From the NCBI RefSeq assembly GCF_004010195.1, contig NC_057749.1:9684196-9748195 (forward strand): a DNA stretch of 64,000 bases, written 5' to 3'. Each line of letters opens with the position of its first letter. The stretch's first letter is position 1. The notes beneath the pieces were generated by a model. That model ran no database searches, was not told the origin of the DNA, and worked only from the letters and a program-made list of their open reading frames with translations. Shown in pieces: positions 1-12,486 of the stretch. The translations under genes and the position numbers were made by a program. The stretch comes from Chiloscyllium plagiosum (taxonomy: Eukaryota).

Positions 1-351
1 GGGAATAGGGGTGGAGTCATGGGGGTGGTGTTCCCCTCAGGGTTCTGGGGGTCGGGGATGGTGACAGTGGGACCTGTGGGGGGCATGTCAGCAGAATGCA
101 GATGAGTGGCGTTGGTGGGGGTTGAAGTGGTGGCAAACAAGGCGGTATGGGGGGCAGAAGTCACTAAGCATGTGACATCAGTGATGATGTGAGGGGCGGA
201 AGTGATCATTTGGGATTATGGACTGGTTGGACCGAAGGGTCTGTTTCCATGCTGTCTGACTCTGCAACTCTATAAGGAGAATTCGTAGCGATGAACCTTT
301 TTTCCCTTTTCGGATTGGTTTGTAAAACACAATCCTGTTTTGTCCTATAAG

Positions 352-548
352 TGCCAGACATGCTGACACAGCAGAGGGGCATGTGAAATGTTGAGAAATG
401 TCGGGGTGGGGGGAAAACGGCTTTAGATTGAGGCCTTAGTTGGTTTCCCTGTCTCCATGGAAAGAGCCATGTGCCAATTCCCACAACAGTCCACCCATGT
501 ACAAAACCATCCAGTGACAGAACAGCATCAGGGGCCCCTTTCAACAAG
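352..548 (+). pseudogene. GREB1-family pseudo-exon (GLSWFPCLHGKSHVPIPTTVHPCTK)
   Basis: tttgtcctataag acceptor and AAG|gtact donor; resembles recalled [26 protein letters not shown]; two TGA stops. Confidence 0.45.
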
Positions 549-756
549 GTACTGTGCTGTTTTCCTGGCTCCATTCCATTCTTCCAGCTTCGCTGTCTCC
601 GTCACATTTGTTCTGATGATGCACCTGCCACTGGGCTGCCTTTGACATGACCTCCTCTTTCCTCAGCCAAAGATACCCCCATTCAGGTTGGCAAGGTCTT
701 CAGCCATATCCAATTCATCTCCCATACTTGTGCCCTCACCCCTTCCGCTCCATCCC

Positions 757-1893
757 AGCATGGTAGACTGGTTAAAAAGGTTAGATCACATGGGATCTAG
801 GGGGAGCTAGCCAACTGGATAGAAAATTGGCTTGGAGGTAGGAAACAGAGAGTGGTGGTAGCTGTTTGCTTTTTGCTCTGCAGGCATGTGACCAGTGATG
901 TGCCACAAAGATTGGTGCTGGGTCCACTGTTTTTCGTCATTCCTAGAAATGATTTGGATGCGAATATACGAAATATGGTTAGTAAGTTTGCAGGTGACAC
1001 CAAAATTGGTGGTGTAGTGGACAGTGAAAAAGATTATCTCAGCGAAACAACGGGACCTACAACAGACTACGTCAGGTGGGCCAATGGGCTGAGGAGTTGC
1101 AGATAGAGTTTAATTCAGATAAATGTGTGGTATTGCATTTTAATAAGGCAAACCACGGCAGGACTTATGCAATTAATGGTATGACCCTGGGGAGTGTTGC
1201 CAAACAAAGAGAGCTAGGAGTGCAGTTACATAGTTCCTTGAAAGTGGAGTCACAGGTATACAAGATGGTGAAGAAGGTATTTGATCAGTGCGTTGAGTAT
1301 AAGAGTTGGGAGGTCATTTTGCAGCTATACTGGACATTGGTTGGGCCACTTTTACATTATTGCGTACAATTCTGGTCGCCCTCCTATAGGAAGGATTTTG
1401 TTAAGCTTGGGAGGGTGCAAGAAAGATTTACAAGCATGTTGCCAGGGTTAGAGGGCTTGAGTTATAGGGAGAGGCTGAAAGGGCTGGGGTTATTTTCCCT
1501 GCAGCGTAGGAGGCTGAGGGGTGACTTTAAAGAGGTTTATGAAAACACGACGGGCATGGATAGGGTAAATAGACAAGATCTTTTTCCCAGGGTGGGGGAG
1601 TCCAAAATTAGAAGGAATAGGTTTAAGGTGAGAGGGGAATGATTTAAAAGGGACCTAAGGGGCAACCTTTTCACACAGAGAGTGATGTGTGTATGGAACA
1701 AGCTGCCAGAGGATGTGGTAGAGGCTGGTACAATTACAACATTAAAAGACATCTGGATGGCTATATGAATAGGAAAAGTTGAGAGGGGTATGGGCCAAAT
1801 GATGGCAAATGGGATTAGGTCAGATTAGAATGTCTGATCGGTGTGGACAAGTTGGACTGAAGGGACTGTTTCAGTGCTGTATGACTCTATAAC
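757..1893 (+). mobile_element. CR1 LINE 3' fragment (RT C-terminus and 3' tail)
   Basis: ORFs 852-1106 and 1076-1642 give VPQRLVLGPLFF, SKFAGDTKIGG, FNSDKCVVLHF, YCVQFWSP and LGLFSLQRRRLRGD (CR1 RT motifs); 3' tail gtgctgtatgactctat. Confidence 0.93.
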
Positions 1894-1949
1894 ACTGAAA
1901 CAACTCTTGTCCTTACTTTACACCCTGTTGGTCTCTGCTTTCAAAGGAT

Positions 1950-2445
1950 CATCCTTGGCCATTTCCAGCAGGATGCCATCACATCTTCCGCTCCCCTCCA
2001 CTGTCAACATTCTGCAGGGACTGCTCCCTCCGTGACACCCTCGTCCACACCTCCATGACTCCTAAGACTTTCTTACTTCCTCATGGTGTCTTCCCATGCA
2101 ATCGCAGAAGGTGTAACATTTGTCCCATTCACCACCACCCCATCCACCCCCCAATGCCCCAAATACGTCTTCCAGGTCAAGCAGCATTTCAATTGGACAC
2201 CTTTCAATCTAGCCTGCAATATCTTCTGCTCACAATGTGGTCTCCTTCATGCTGGTGAGACAACATGTGTGATTGCACTGTGGAATGCCTCCAACTGTCT
2301 GTGGGAATAATCCCAACCTTTCAGTAACATGTAACTTCAATCACCCACCTTGCTGTAGTGCTAACATTTCTGAGCAGGGCTTGCCACTGTGATCTAACAA
2401 AGCACAGTGTCATCTCATAGAACAGCACCTCACTTTCCACTCAGA
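1950..2445 (+). mobile_element. Penelope-like element fragment, GIY-YIG endonuclease region
   Basis: CNRRRCNICP and QVKQHF..NLACNIFCSQCGLLHAGET match the Cys-rich linker and GIY-YIG motif of Penelope-like elements. Confidence 0.8.
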
Positions 2446-2739
2446 CACTTAATATGGAATGCCTCTTCGGAGCCTGGCTGCATGATGTCTGTTCTCCATT
2501 TTTGTTATATTCTGCACTCTTGCACCCCCTACAGTCTTGTCTTTTACTTTGCCTTCAGTCGAGAGGATCCATACTAGTCCTTTCAAACAAACAAAACCAA
2601 AGAACTGCGGAGTTTGGAAATTGAAACGTTAACTCTGCTTTCTCTCCACAGATGCTGCCAAACCTGCTGAGCTTTTCCAGCAATTTCTGTTTTTGTTTCT
2701 CTCCCCTTCACGTCTTAATTTGTGCTGATTTTACATCTT

Positions 2740-3330
2740 TATTTTTCCAAGATGGCGGCAGTGTCGGTGGACTGCGCCCAGAGCTCGTGCGATTCTGTCG
2801 GCTTTCTTTATCTTTCTCTTTTCTTTTTTAGCTCTTCTTTCCTTTATCTTCTTTCTTTGTTTTCTTTTCGTTAAAACCTGGAGAGTGGCGAGTGACGAAG
2901 GGGGTCTCCGGCAGCAGCGGCAGCAATGCCAGGGCATGCCGGACCTGGCTCAATCCCAACCCGGGGTCTCCCCCACTGACCGAGGAGCAGGTCCAGGGCT
3001 GACTCCACACCACCCTAGCCCTCAGACTTGTGGGCCGGGCTGAGGCTCCTGGTCTGCAGCTAGGCCCAGGTGCCTGAGAATGAGAAGTGGCGGTCTTGGT
3101 ACAGGGGGACCATCTCCCGATGCGGCAGTCCTGTTCCGGTGTGGAGGTCTCATTCCCATGTGGAGGTCTTCTTCATCTTTGGCTTCCAGCAGCCAGGAAG
3201 ATTGTCTCGGCCTGGCATCCTCAGTGGAGGCTTCCGGCCCAGCTTTCTCAGAATAGCAGTCTCATTCTGGCTGCATCTTCAGGATATTCCATCATTCCTT
3301 AATTGGCTATAACTGAACTGTGATGAACTT
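2740..3330 (+). repeat. GC/CpG-rich unclassified retroelement fragment starting caagatggcggc
   Basis: CAAGATGGCG (YY1-like) start typical of retroelement 5' ends; local CpG enrichment; no recognisable protein. Confidence 0.35.
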
Positions 3331-3409
3331 TGTCTTAATTTTACATTTTTCTTATTATTATGGATGGCTTTCTGTCATTGATGTAGATGCCTCTTTGAGG
3401 TGACTTAAA

Positions 3410-3730
3410 AAACCTTTTCAAGGGTTGGGGAGTCCAGAACTAGAGGGCATAGATTTAGGGTGAGAGTGGAAAGATATAAAAGAGACCTAAGGGGTAACTT
3501 TTTCACACAGAGGGTGGTAAGTGTATGGAATGAGCTGCCAGATGAAGTGGTGGCGGCTGGTACAATTGCAACATTTAAGAGGCATTTGGATGGGTATATG
3601 AATAGGAAGGGTTTGGAGGGATATGAGCCAGTTGCTGGCAGGTGGACTAGATTGGGTTGGGATATTTGGTCAGCATGGACAGGTTGGACCAAACGGTCTG
3701 TTTCCACGCTGTACTTCTCTATGACTCTAA
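3410..3730 (+). mobile_element. CR1 LINE 3' end
   Basis: RDLRGNFFTQRVVSVWNELP motif and CR1 3' tail ending ctctatgactcta. Confidence 0.9.
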
Positions 3731-4040
3731 GTCAAAGTACAGACGACAATAAATTTCTATTCTATTCCATGCCATTCCATCTTTTTCACCTTCACCTTTG
3801 TTCCCCTCTCCCATGCTCTATCTCTGTCAAAAGAACCCAAAGTACCAGAGAACCCATTTGCCAATCCCTTTCAGTTCTGAAGAAGAATCATAATTGACTT
3901 GAAACATTGACGCTGTTTCTCTCTCCATAAATGCTGCCTGACCTGTTGAGTTTCTCCAGCATTCTCTGCGTTTGTTTCAGATTTGCAACGTCCACACATT
4001 TTTGCTTTAATGATCACTCATTGTTTTGTCTTACACGTAG

Positions 4041-4134
4041 CACGGTGGAAGTGGTGAGGTTAATGATGTTGCATGAGAGATGGATGCACATGAGAAGAGG
4101 AACAGAAAACCCAACTCCCGACTCCTCATATAGG
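4041..4134 (+). pseudogene. Possible GREB1-family pseudo-exon (TVEVVRLMMLHERW)
   Basis: Pyrimidine tract plus tag acceptor, AGG|gtttgg donor, open frame; homology weak. Confidence 0.3.
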
Positions 4135-4676
4135 GTTTGGTTTTCTGCTGGAGTGCTTCTATACATATCACACCACACCATTAACCATATCTTATCCTCT
4201 TTCAAATAACTTGAAAGAAATTCATTCTAGTGTCTATTTTTATCACTCATGCACTTCAAGAACAGTGACTGCACGTTTATTATTTTCAATTTTCCATTGT
4301 TGTTGATCAGGGTGCAGTACTGTCACACATGACACTTATTTTTGTTGGTATGTTCAGTTGTGTCTCAGTGGGTAATATGTCCAGAAATTTGCGGTTCGAA
4401 TCTCACTCCATTGATGTGACCTCAATTTCTACACTGAGTGAGAGAGTGCTGCACTGTCAGAATGTCAACAGTGTTGCTGTTTTTTAGATAAAATATTAAA
4501 CTGAGGCACAGCCTGTCCTCTTGGATGGACAGGAGAGATCCCTGGCTATCATGTTGAAGGGCTGTTCTTCCTACTGTAGTTAACTGGTATTTATCTCTCA
4601 ATCTGAAAAAAACTGGTAATCTGCCAATTTCTCTCATTAACTCTCCTCTATTGTCCAATTTTCTGTAATTGACCAG

Positions 4677-5067
4677 ACGCAATGAGTTTTATGAGATGCA
4701 TCCTAGGAGAAAGATGGAGTCAGGTCAAGGTCACCAGTCAGTTGGGACTTCGGCAAAGCTATTTCAGGAATAATTATGTAACTCAAGTTTTACTCAGCAT
4801 TGTGATTTAGCACCAACCCTTTACCAACCTCTTCCATCACAATTCCTGGGCCAGCCAGAGAGCATTTCCTGATTTTAACAGGATGCCTGGGTTTTCGCTA
4901 TGGCCAGGAGTGGCCCATTTGGTGCCGATCATTTGAGAGGGATATTGCCTAGGAATCTGAAATATTGGAGCACCTGCTGTACCTTTCTCCACAATGTGGT
5001 CAGTGTGGTCACATCTCCAAATCACACCCACTCACTGTCCAAGTGGGAGCAAGCAATTTATGAGAAA
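4677..5067 (+). pseudogene. GREB1-family pseudo-exon
   Basis: ccag acceptor; a single frame reads DAS*EKDGV..WDFGKAISGIIM*L..PLPTSSITIPGPAREHFLILTGCLGFRYGQEWPIWCRSFERDIA*E, matching recalled AASVSQDLV..SLAEGISETLRTL..RLPDYVVVICA..VLG..R..E..EFLKEISYE. Donor at 5043 or 5068. Confidence 0.7.
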
Positions 5068-5258
5068 GTGGCTATTCAGCCCACCAGAATGCCTCTTCTG
5101 AGCAACTCTGTCCTGCCCCTGCTTGATCCATTGGTGCAGACAGAAAAGTGAAGCTGAGATCACATTCAGATCAGCCGTGATCCTTTAAAAGGCAGAACAG
5201 GCTCAAAGGGTTGAACAGCCTACTTCTGTATTTGTATCCCATTCCATTCATTCTGTAG

Positions 5259-5398
5259 GTTCTCACCTAACTGTTCAGCCTCTGGAATACTTATCTAATT
5301 ACATCAAGCTGTCATCAGATACAAGAGTGAACTTGCTTAATGTTCTGAGCATCTGCAATTGTATGAGCCCTCAGTTGATCTAATTCTGAACGTGCAGG
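5259..5398 (+). pseudogene. GREB1-family pseudo-exon (SHLTVQPLEY...MSPQLI)
   Basis: ttctgtag acceptor, AGG|gtaaaa donor; PQL motif at the expected position. Confidence 0.55.
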
Positions 5399-5519
5399 GT
5401 AAAATTAAATGTTCTCAGATCAAACTTTTAAACAGGGGTCTAGTAAGAAAAATGGCACCCATCACCTGACAACCACCCTACTCCAGCCTCCTCCCCTCTT
5501 CCTCATCCCCATTGAGTGT

Positions 5520-8500
5520 TGGCTTTGGCAAATTCACTTTTAGCCAGGTTTATCACTAAGCCTGCCTCCCGAAGTCAATCAAACAAGTCTGATAAATGTT
5601 GCAAATGTTCTTTTCATGTCTGACTAAAAATCACCAGGTCATCTAGATATGTGACACAGTTGGGTAATCCGGCAATGAACGTATTGGTTAGTCTCTGAAA
5701 TGTGGCTAGCGTATTTTCATACCAAATGGCAAGACTTTAAACCGATACAGTCCATTCAGCGTTACAAAAGTCGAAATTGTCTTCTGTCTTTCGGACAAAG
5801 GTATCTGCAAGTATCCCCTGAGCAAGTCCAACTTAGAAATATAAGTCGTTTGTCCCACCGTTTCAACACAGTCTTCCAAATGTGGAATCGGATATGTATC
5901 AGTCTTCATAACGACATTGACTTTGCGATAGTCCACATATAACCGTTGGGTGCCAACTGTTTTGGGACCATTTCTATGGGTAAGCTCCAGTCACTGTAAC
6001 TCACTTCAAATTAGGTCATCTTGGAGCATGTGTTCAATCTCCTTTTGAACCTGTGCCAATGTTAGAGGGCTTTTCCCATAAGGATGTAGCTTAATTGGAA
6101 CAGCAGCTCCTATATCTACATCATGCATACTTAGGTTAATACTTCCCAGCTTATTTCCACGTTTCTCCCCACGTGATAGTAATAACTCTTTCAGATTTTC
6201 CTCTGGAAGCTAATTCAGTAATTTATCTCAATTTTTGACGACTTCCTCATTGGCCATTTTAAATTGAGAATCCTCTGACCTTGGTTCTTGCCTCTATGTT
6301 GTAACCAATAATCCATTCTCCTCCTGCTTTCCTTCCCTATCAAAATACCTTTTGAGCATATTCACATGACACACTCTGTGAAATTTCTTTCTGTCAGGAG
6401 TTATTATCAAATAGTTTACCTCAGTTAATTTCCTTTCAACTCGATAAGGTCCACTAAACCTTGCTTTTAAAGTTTCACCTATCAGTGGAAGTAACACTAA
6501 CACCTTATCTCCGATAGCAAAATTGCGAGTTTTTGATTTCTTGTCTGAGTCCTGTTTCATTGTATGCTGTAATATTTTTAAATGCTGTCTCGTCAATTCC
6601 CCTACTCTATTTAATCATTGCTGAAAATTTGACACATCGTCCAAATATGTGGTCTCTGAATTCTGACTTACCAATTTCTCCTGAATCAATATTAGTGGTT
6701 CTCTGACTTCATGCCCAAAAACTAATTCAAATGGACTGAATTTGGTCGATTCATTTGGTGCATCTCTGATCGCAAAAAGTATAAGCAGAATTCCCTAATC
6801 CCAATCATCTGGATAGTCTTGACTATAAGCCCTCAACATGGTCTTTAACATCTGATGCCACATTTCTAGCGCTCCCTGTGACCCTGGATGGTACGCAGTA
6901 GATTTGAATTATTTTCTTCCTAAGCTTTCCATAACTTCCTTGAATAATTTTGATCCTTGCAGTTTAATCCTTGACCTGATTGTATCTCTGTCAGTAATCC
7001 CTATCAATCCACATTTGAGAAATTCGTCTACAATCTTTTTAACTGTGATATTGCATAATGGAATGGCCTCTGGCAATCCAGCCAACACATCCATGATTGT
7101 TAACAGATACTGATTCCCACTTTTTGTTTTAGATAGAGGTCCTACACAATCAATTAAGAGTCTTGCAAAAGGTTCCTCAAATGCAGGAATAGATATTAAA
7201 GGTGTGGGTTTTATTACTGCCTGTGGTTTTCTAATTACCTGACATGTCTGGCAAAATTCAATTACATCCTCGTGCAGGCCAGTAAAAATGTTTTTCTATT
7301 TTAACTTGAGTTTTTCTCACTCCTAAATGATCCCTGAGAAGTAGTTCATGTGCCACTCACAACACCTTCTTTCTTAACCCATTGGCAACATGATTTGATG
7401 AAATTCTGCCCATATGATGGTCTCCATTTCCTTATTAAAAAATCATTTTTAGGATAATAACATTCAGGGATACATTTGGATTCTTTTTCTGTATATGCCT
7501 TTTGATACAATTGCTTTAAATTTTTATCTTTCTGCCTTAAATTAACTCAGCTAATTTATCAGAATTAAAGATGTCTGTTTTGTCATCTATCTGCTCCTGG
7601 TTTGTGTCAACCATCTAATCAAACAGCATCTCTGCTCATTCCACTTCAACTTCCTCATCTTTGATCTCTCCTGTTTCAACTGGTCACTTTGTGACCTCGT
7701 TACCACACAGTCAGGAAAATTCCCAGGATATGCATCCTGCAATAGTTCAGTTGCCTGGGTTTCCACTGGCTTTTTGACCACAGTAGGCAGCACTCCTACC
7801 ATTGAACCAACTGTATCGTTAGCAAGGACAAATTGTATTCCTGGAGCTGAGAGTTTGTTCGGTACTCCTACCATGATGTCTCCACTCTTCACTGGACACT
7901 CTAAACCTCACTTTACAAATTGAACCCTTCTTGTCTCACTGTGAATTCCTGTTACTAGTAGCTTTTCTGGTAATAGTCCTTCAGAGGTACATATCTCCGC
8001 ATTTTTCAACAACACAGATTGAGAGGTTCCTGTATCTCTTAATATTGTAACCTCATTACCTGCTGCTCCTGGCCGATGCGAGTAAACTTTACTTTTGCAG
8101 GTATATGGTTTAAGAAGATCTGGTACTTCCTCCTTAACCAATCTCCAACCAGTTTGTATATTCTGGTGTAGCTTTCTTGCCTCCACTGTGCTTTTCATTA
8201 CCGATCCAACACAATTCACTGGCTTATCCTGTTTTCCTACACCTGGCTTCACAGTGCTTTTCCTAACCAAACACTGTCATTTCATGTGGCCTGCTTTATT
8301 GCAGTGAAAACACTGAAGCTTTTTAACTTCTCTGTTCCACTTCTCTGTCCCCTTCAAGGGTTTCTTTTTAACCCTGTTAAGGTAAGTTATCCTTATGAGC
8401 TTCACCAAGACCTTTCCCTGCGAGGATTTCTCTTTTCCTCAACTTCAATCCCTCACGCATTGAAATTAACTTTGCAAGCCAAACTTTGATTTGATGGACC

Positions 8501-8658
8501 AACTCATAATCATCAGCCATTTCAGCCACTCATCTTGCTGTTTTAACTGTCTGCTCTTCCACAAGAGTTCTCACTACTTACAGGAAGTGAACTTTTGAAC
8601 TCCTCCAAAATAATTGTTTCTCTAAGAGCGTCATAGGTTTGTTCTAGTTTTAATGCGG
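5520..8658 (-). mobile_element. Decayed Gmr1-like Ty3/gypsy LTR retrotransposon internal region (gag-PR-IN-RT)
   Basis: Minus-strand order: gag (IILEEFKSSLP ~8580-8615), Zn knuckle CFHCNKAGHMK*QC (~8270-8312), protease ILRDTG (~8030), integrase (HLGVRKT, IDCVGPLSKTKSGNQYLLTIMD ~6700-7370), RT (DYRKVN, SKLDLLRGYLQI, YLDD at 5638-5649). Stops and frameshifts throughout. Confidence 0.9.
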
Positions 8659-8780
8659 ATTACAGAACATAGAACATTACAGCACAGTACAGACTCTTCG
8701 GCCCGCGATGACTTGTGAAACCAATCCGAAGCCCATCTAACCTACACTATTCCATTTTCGTCCATATGTCTATCCAATGA

Positions 8781-9118
8781 CCATGGTGGCTCAGTGGTTA
8801 GCACTGCTGTCACAGAGCACTAAGGACCCAGGTTCAATTCCAGTGTTGGGTAACTCTCTGTGTGGAGTTTGCCCATTTTCCCTGTGTCTGTTTGGGTTTC
8901 CTCCAGGTGCTCCAGTTTCCTTCCACAGTCCAAAGTTGTGCAGATTAGTTGAATTGGCCATGCTAAATTGCCCATAGTGTTCAGGGATGTGTAGATTAGG
9001 TGCACTAGTCAGGGGTAAATATAGGGGAATGGGTCTGGGTGGGTTACTCTTGCGAGATTGGTATGGACTTGTTGGGCCGAAGAGTCTGTTTTCGTACTCT
9101 AGGGATTCTATTCTATTC
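8781..9118 (+). mobile_element. HE1-type SINE (tRNA-derived head, CR1-type tail) next to a minus-strand CR1 3' end (8660-8777)
   Basis: ggtggctcagtggttagcactg A box, ggttcaattcc B box, CR1-like tail with (ttcta)n. Confidence 0.88.
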
Positions 9119-9578
9119 GAATAAATACTGGCCCAGCCAGCAACACTCATGTCCCACAAGTGACTAAAACAAAAATGTCAGCAATGAAAGGTGATAGGTT
9201 TAACCTACAATACATGGACAAAAACAATTCAAGAAGGCAGCTTCCCACCACCTACTCAATGGCAACTAGGGATGGACAATAATTACTGGCATTACCAGTA
9301 ATTCCCACATCCTGTCAAAGAATAAACTTAAAACAGGAAGTTCAGTGTAATTCAAATAAGAACTTCATTGCAATGTTCAATGTTGCTATTTTCAGTCTAT
9401 TTCCCTGGTAATGCGTCATAATCAGAATTATATATATATATATACACCTCCAGGCTTGCTAAAGGAATGGCTGTAAGTTTATTTAGTTGTGAAATCTCCG
9501 GCCTATTTCTTTCTTGTGTTGGTTTACTTAAAATGGCCATGTGAACACTGGGAAACACTGAATATTTGAACTCTTCAG

Positions 9579-9675
9579 TAGAGGTAGAAAATAAAAGAGA
9601 TGATGTGCATTTCAGTCTGTCCCAGTAATACCCAATTCCCATACACCAGCAGTATTCCCATGTCTGGATACAGAG
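9579..9675 (+). pseudogene. GREB1-family pseudo-exon (DDVHFS / VIPNSH / HQQ)
   Basis: ctcttcag acceptor, GAG|gtgccc donor; frameshifted similarity to recalled VDFIIIVPRSEVLVQQ. Confidence 0.4.
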
Positions 9676-9694
9676 GTGCCCCACCCTCAACTTT

Positions 9695-10965
9695 GAACAT
9701 AGAACACAGAACGTTACAATGTTACAGGCCCTTCGGCTCTTGATGTTGCGCCAACCTGTGAAAATAATCTGATGCCCATCTAACCTACACTGTTCCATTA
9801 TTATCCATATGCCTATCCAATGCCCATTTAAATGCCCTTAATGTTGGTGATGGAAATGTGTTGCTGGAAAAGCGCAGCAGGTCAGGCAGCATCTAGGGAA
9901 CAGGAGAATCGACGTTTCGGGCATTAGCCCTTCTTCAGTCGATTCTCCTGTTCCCTAGATGCTGCCTGACCTGCTGCGCTTTTCCAGCAACACATTTCCA
10001 TCTCTGATCTCCAGCATCTGCAGACCTCACTTTCTCCTTAATGTTGATGAGTCTACTACTGTTGCAGGCAGGCTGTTCCAAGTCCCTACTACTCTCTGAG
10101 TGAAGAAACTACCCCTAATATCTGTCCTAAATCTATCACCCCTCAATTTAAAGCTATGTCCCCTCGTGTTAGCCTTCACCATCCAAGGAAAAAGGCTCTC
10201 ACTGTCCACCCTATTTAACCCTCTGACCAGAACTGTACGCAATAATCCAGGTGCGGCCTTACTAGTGTCTTGTACAGCTGAAGCATGACCACGTGGCTGA
10301 GAAACTCAATCCCCCTCCCAATAAATGCCAAGACACCATATGCCTTCTTAACAACCCTACCAACCTGGGTGGCAACTTTCAGGAATTTATGCAGCAGGAC
10401 TCCGAGATCTCTTTGTTCATCCACACTGCCAAGAAGTAACACGCAAACTCTCCCTAAACTCACACATCTGACACAAAGAGCATATCACTCTACTAAGGGC
10501 CATTTTGGCTTCTTCCAGTCTGCAGACCCAGAAATTAGCCTCATCTTATTTCTCGACAAAACAAAGCTCCAGGCTAACTTAATACTTATGCCTTATCTTT
10601 TTAAGTTTAATATGTCTGTTGATTAATACACCAATCGTGAGTCTCTCGAGTTCCCGCAAAACCTCGTATCTGTCCCCCAAACTATGTAATCCCCAATGAC
10701 TAAAGCTCTGCTCCTCTTCCCCCTTCCCTTCTGAGCAACAGGGACAGACTCTGCACCAGAGACCTGTGCCTTTTTGCTTACCCCTCATAGGTCGACCCCC
10801 CCAACAATATCCAATATGGTATACTTGTTGAGGGGAACCACCACAGGAGATCCCTGCTCTGCCTGCCAGTTCCTTTTCCTATTCCTGACGGTAATCCATT
10901 TATCTTCTTCATGTGGCTGTGGAGTAACCACCTCCCTGTAATTCTTCTCAATAACCCCTTTCAGC
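9695..10965 (-). mobile_element. Rearranged CR1 LINE fragments (3' tail, RT end, ORF1 esterase piece)
   Basis: FFTQRVVGTWNSLP and LYKTLVRPHLDYCVQFWS (RT); 10620-10965 gives RALVIGDYIVWGTDTRFCG (degenerate SGNH esterase) and SPVVVPLNKYTILD (CR1 ORF1). Confidence 0.85.
9849..10035. mobile_element. Penelope pLTR fold-back insertion with hammerhead core
   Basis: 65-bp perfect inverted arms 9849-9913 / 9938-10002; near-perfect 15-bp TSD ccttaatgttg(g/a)tga at 9836-9850 and 10036-10050. Confidence 0.85.
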
Positions 10966-11077
10966 ACAAGAAACTATATCAAATTCCAGGGCAGTATTGA
11001 TAGAGCACAGTAGTGTCAGAGGTGCCAAACTTCAAATGAGATATTAATTCAAGGCCTTATCCACCTGATAAAAGCAA

Positions 11078-11287
11078 TCATGATTTGGAGATGCCGGTGT
11101 TGGACTGGGGTGTACAAAGTTAAAAATCACACAACATCAGGTTATAGTCCAACAGGTTTAGTTGGAAGCACACTAGCTTTCGGAGTGACGCTCCTTCATC
11201 AGGTGATGAAGGAGTGTCGCTCCGAAAGCTAGTGTGCTTCAAATTAAACCTGTTGGACTATAACCTGGTGTTGTGTGATTTTTAACT
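11078..11287. mobile_element. Second-family Penelope pLTR fold-back insertion with hammerhead core
   Basis: ~83-bp inverted arms; minus strand ctgatgaaGGAGcgtcaCTCCgaaagcta; 12-bp TSD tgataaaagcaa at 11066-11077 and 11288-11299. Confidence 0.8.
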
Positions 11288-11706
11288 TGATAAAAGCAAA
11301 ATATTGCAGATGTCGGAGATCTGAAATAAAAATAGAAAATGCTGGAAAAACTCAGCAGGTCTGGCAGGATCTGGAAAGAGAAACAAGAGTTAATGTTTTG
11401 AGTCCGATATGACTGTTTTGCAGAACTGAAAGGTGCTGCAAGACAAAGGTTTTTATGCTGTTGACAGAGTGGGAGGAGGAGCAATTGGGGGTGTTCAGAA
11501 CAAAAGGCAAGGGGCGTGTTAATGGTGTTAACGCAGTGATAGAGATATGCAATGAGTGTGAATGATAGGTGTGAAAAGGAGAAAACGGGTCAGTTCTACT
11601 GACAGCAAACTCAACAAACAGAACGAAAACATGGCCAGTGGGGTGTGGAGGGTTGTACATTACAAAATGGGGGCATAGAAGTCAGGTTCAATTTATGGAA
11701 CTCAAT

Positions 11707-11930
11707 TCTGGATTAGTCGTGCTGGAAGAGCACAGCAGCTTTCTCCCCACCCCCCACCCTCCTCTAGCTTATCTCTCCACGCTGCAGGCTCACTACCTTT
11801 ATTTCTGATGAAGGGCTTTTGCCCGAAACGTCGATTTCAAAGCTCCTTGGATGCTGCCTGAACTGCTGTGCTCTTCCAGCACCACTAATCCAGAATCTGG
11901 TTTCCAGCATCTGCAGTCATTGTTTTTACG
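11707..11930 (+). mobile_element. Penelope pLTR insertion with short inverted 5' piece and hammerhead core, nested in an older Penelope remnant
   Basis: ctgatgaaGGGCttttGCCCgaaacgtc at ~11805-11832; 14-bp TSD ttatggaactcaat at 11693-11706 and 11931-11944. Confidence 0.8.
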
Positions 11931-12320
11931 TTATGGAACTCAATGTTGATCATGAGGCTGTAAAGTGTCTAAACTGAAAATGAGACGTTGGGCATCATTG
12001 AAACACAGTAGCAGGTCCAGGATGGAAATGTTTACCTGGAGCAAAGTGAAATGACAAGCACCTGGTAGGTAAGGGTCACTCTTACAGACAGAGGGGAGGC
12101 GTTATGCCAAGTGGGCACTCAGTCTGCATTTGAACTCGCTAATATAAGGGAGTCTGGTATACCTACTCTGAGGGATTTACAAGATCGCACAGCACTATTC
12201 CAAAGAAGAAGGGCGGGGCATTTCTTCCTTGAAATCCTGGAAAAAGTCAACAGCTCGTGATCCAAGAGCACTGGTCACAGATGTATCTCAACCTAACATC
12301 TGTGTTTTGTCATCATGCAG

Positions 12321-12486
12321 GCAGCTGGCGTGGTAAGCTTTGTGAAAGGGTTTTGTAATTAGTCTGATGACTGAATTAACCCAACCCCTGGCAGCAGTCT
12401 CCACACATTTCGGGAAGCTCAATTGCCATTCTGGCTGAATCCTCGGAAAGTCTGAACGGTTCTAGTAGCTCAACCCCAAGCAATCT
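12321..12486 (+). pseudogene. GREB1-family pseudo-exon (AAGVV...LHTFREAQLPFWLNPRKV*TVLV)
   Basis: catgcag acceptor, gtaact donor; resembles recalled SGVLV...[20 protein letters not shown]. Confidence 0.5.

Noticed and set aside
1076..1642. 188-aa ORF as a host gene
   Set aside because: It is the C-terminal part of a truncated CR1 reverse transcriptase.
8781..8850. tRNA genes at SINE heads (also 15525, 23378, 35104, 39658)
   Set aside because: A/B boxes continue into the SINE body and CR1 tail; no complete cloverleaf.
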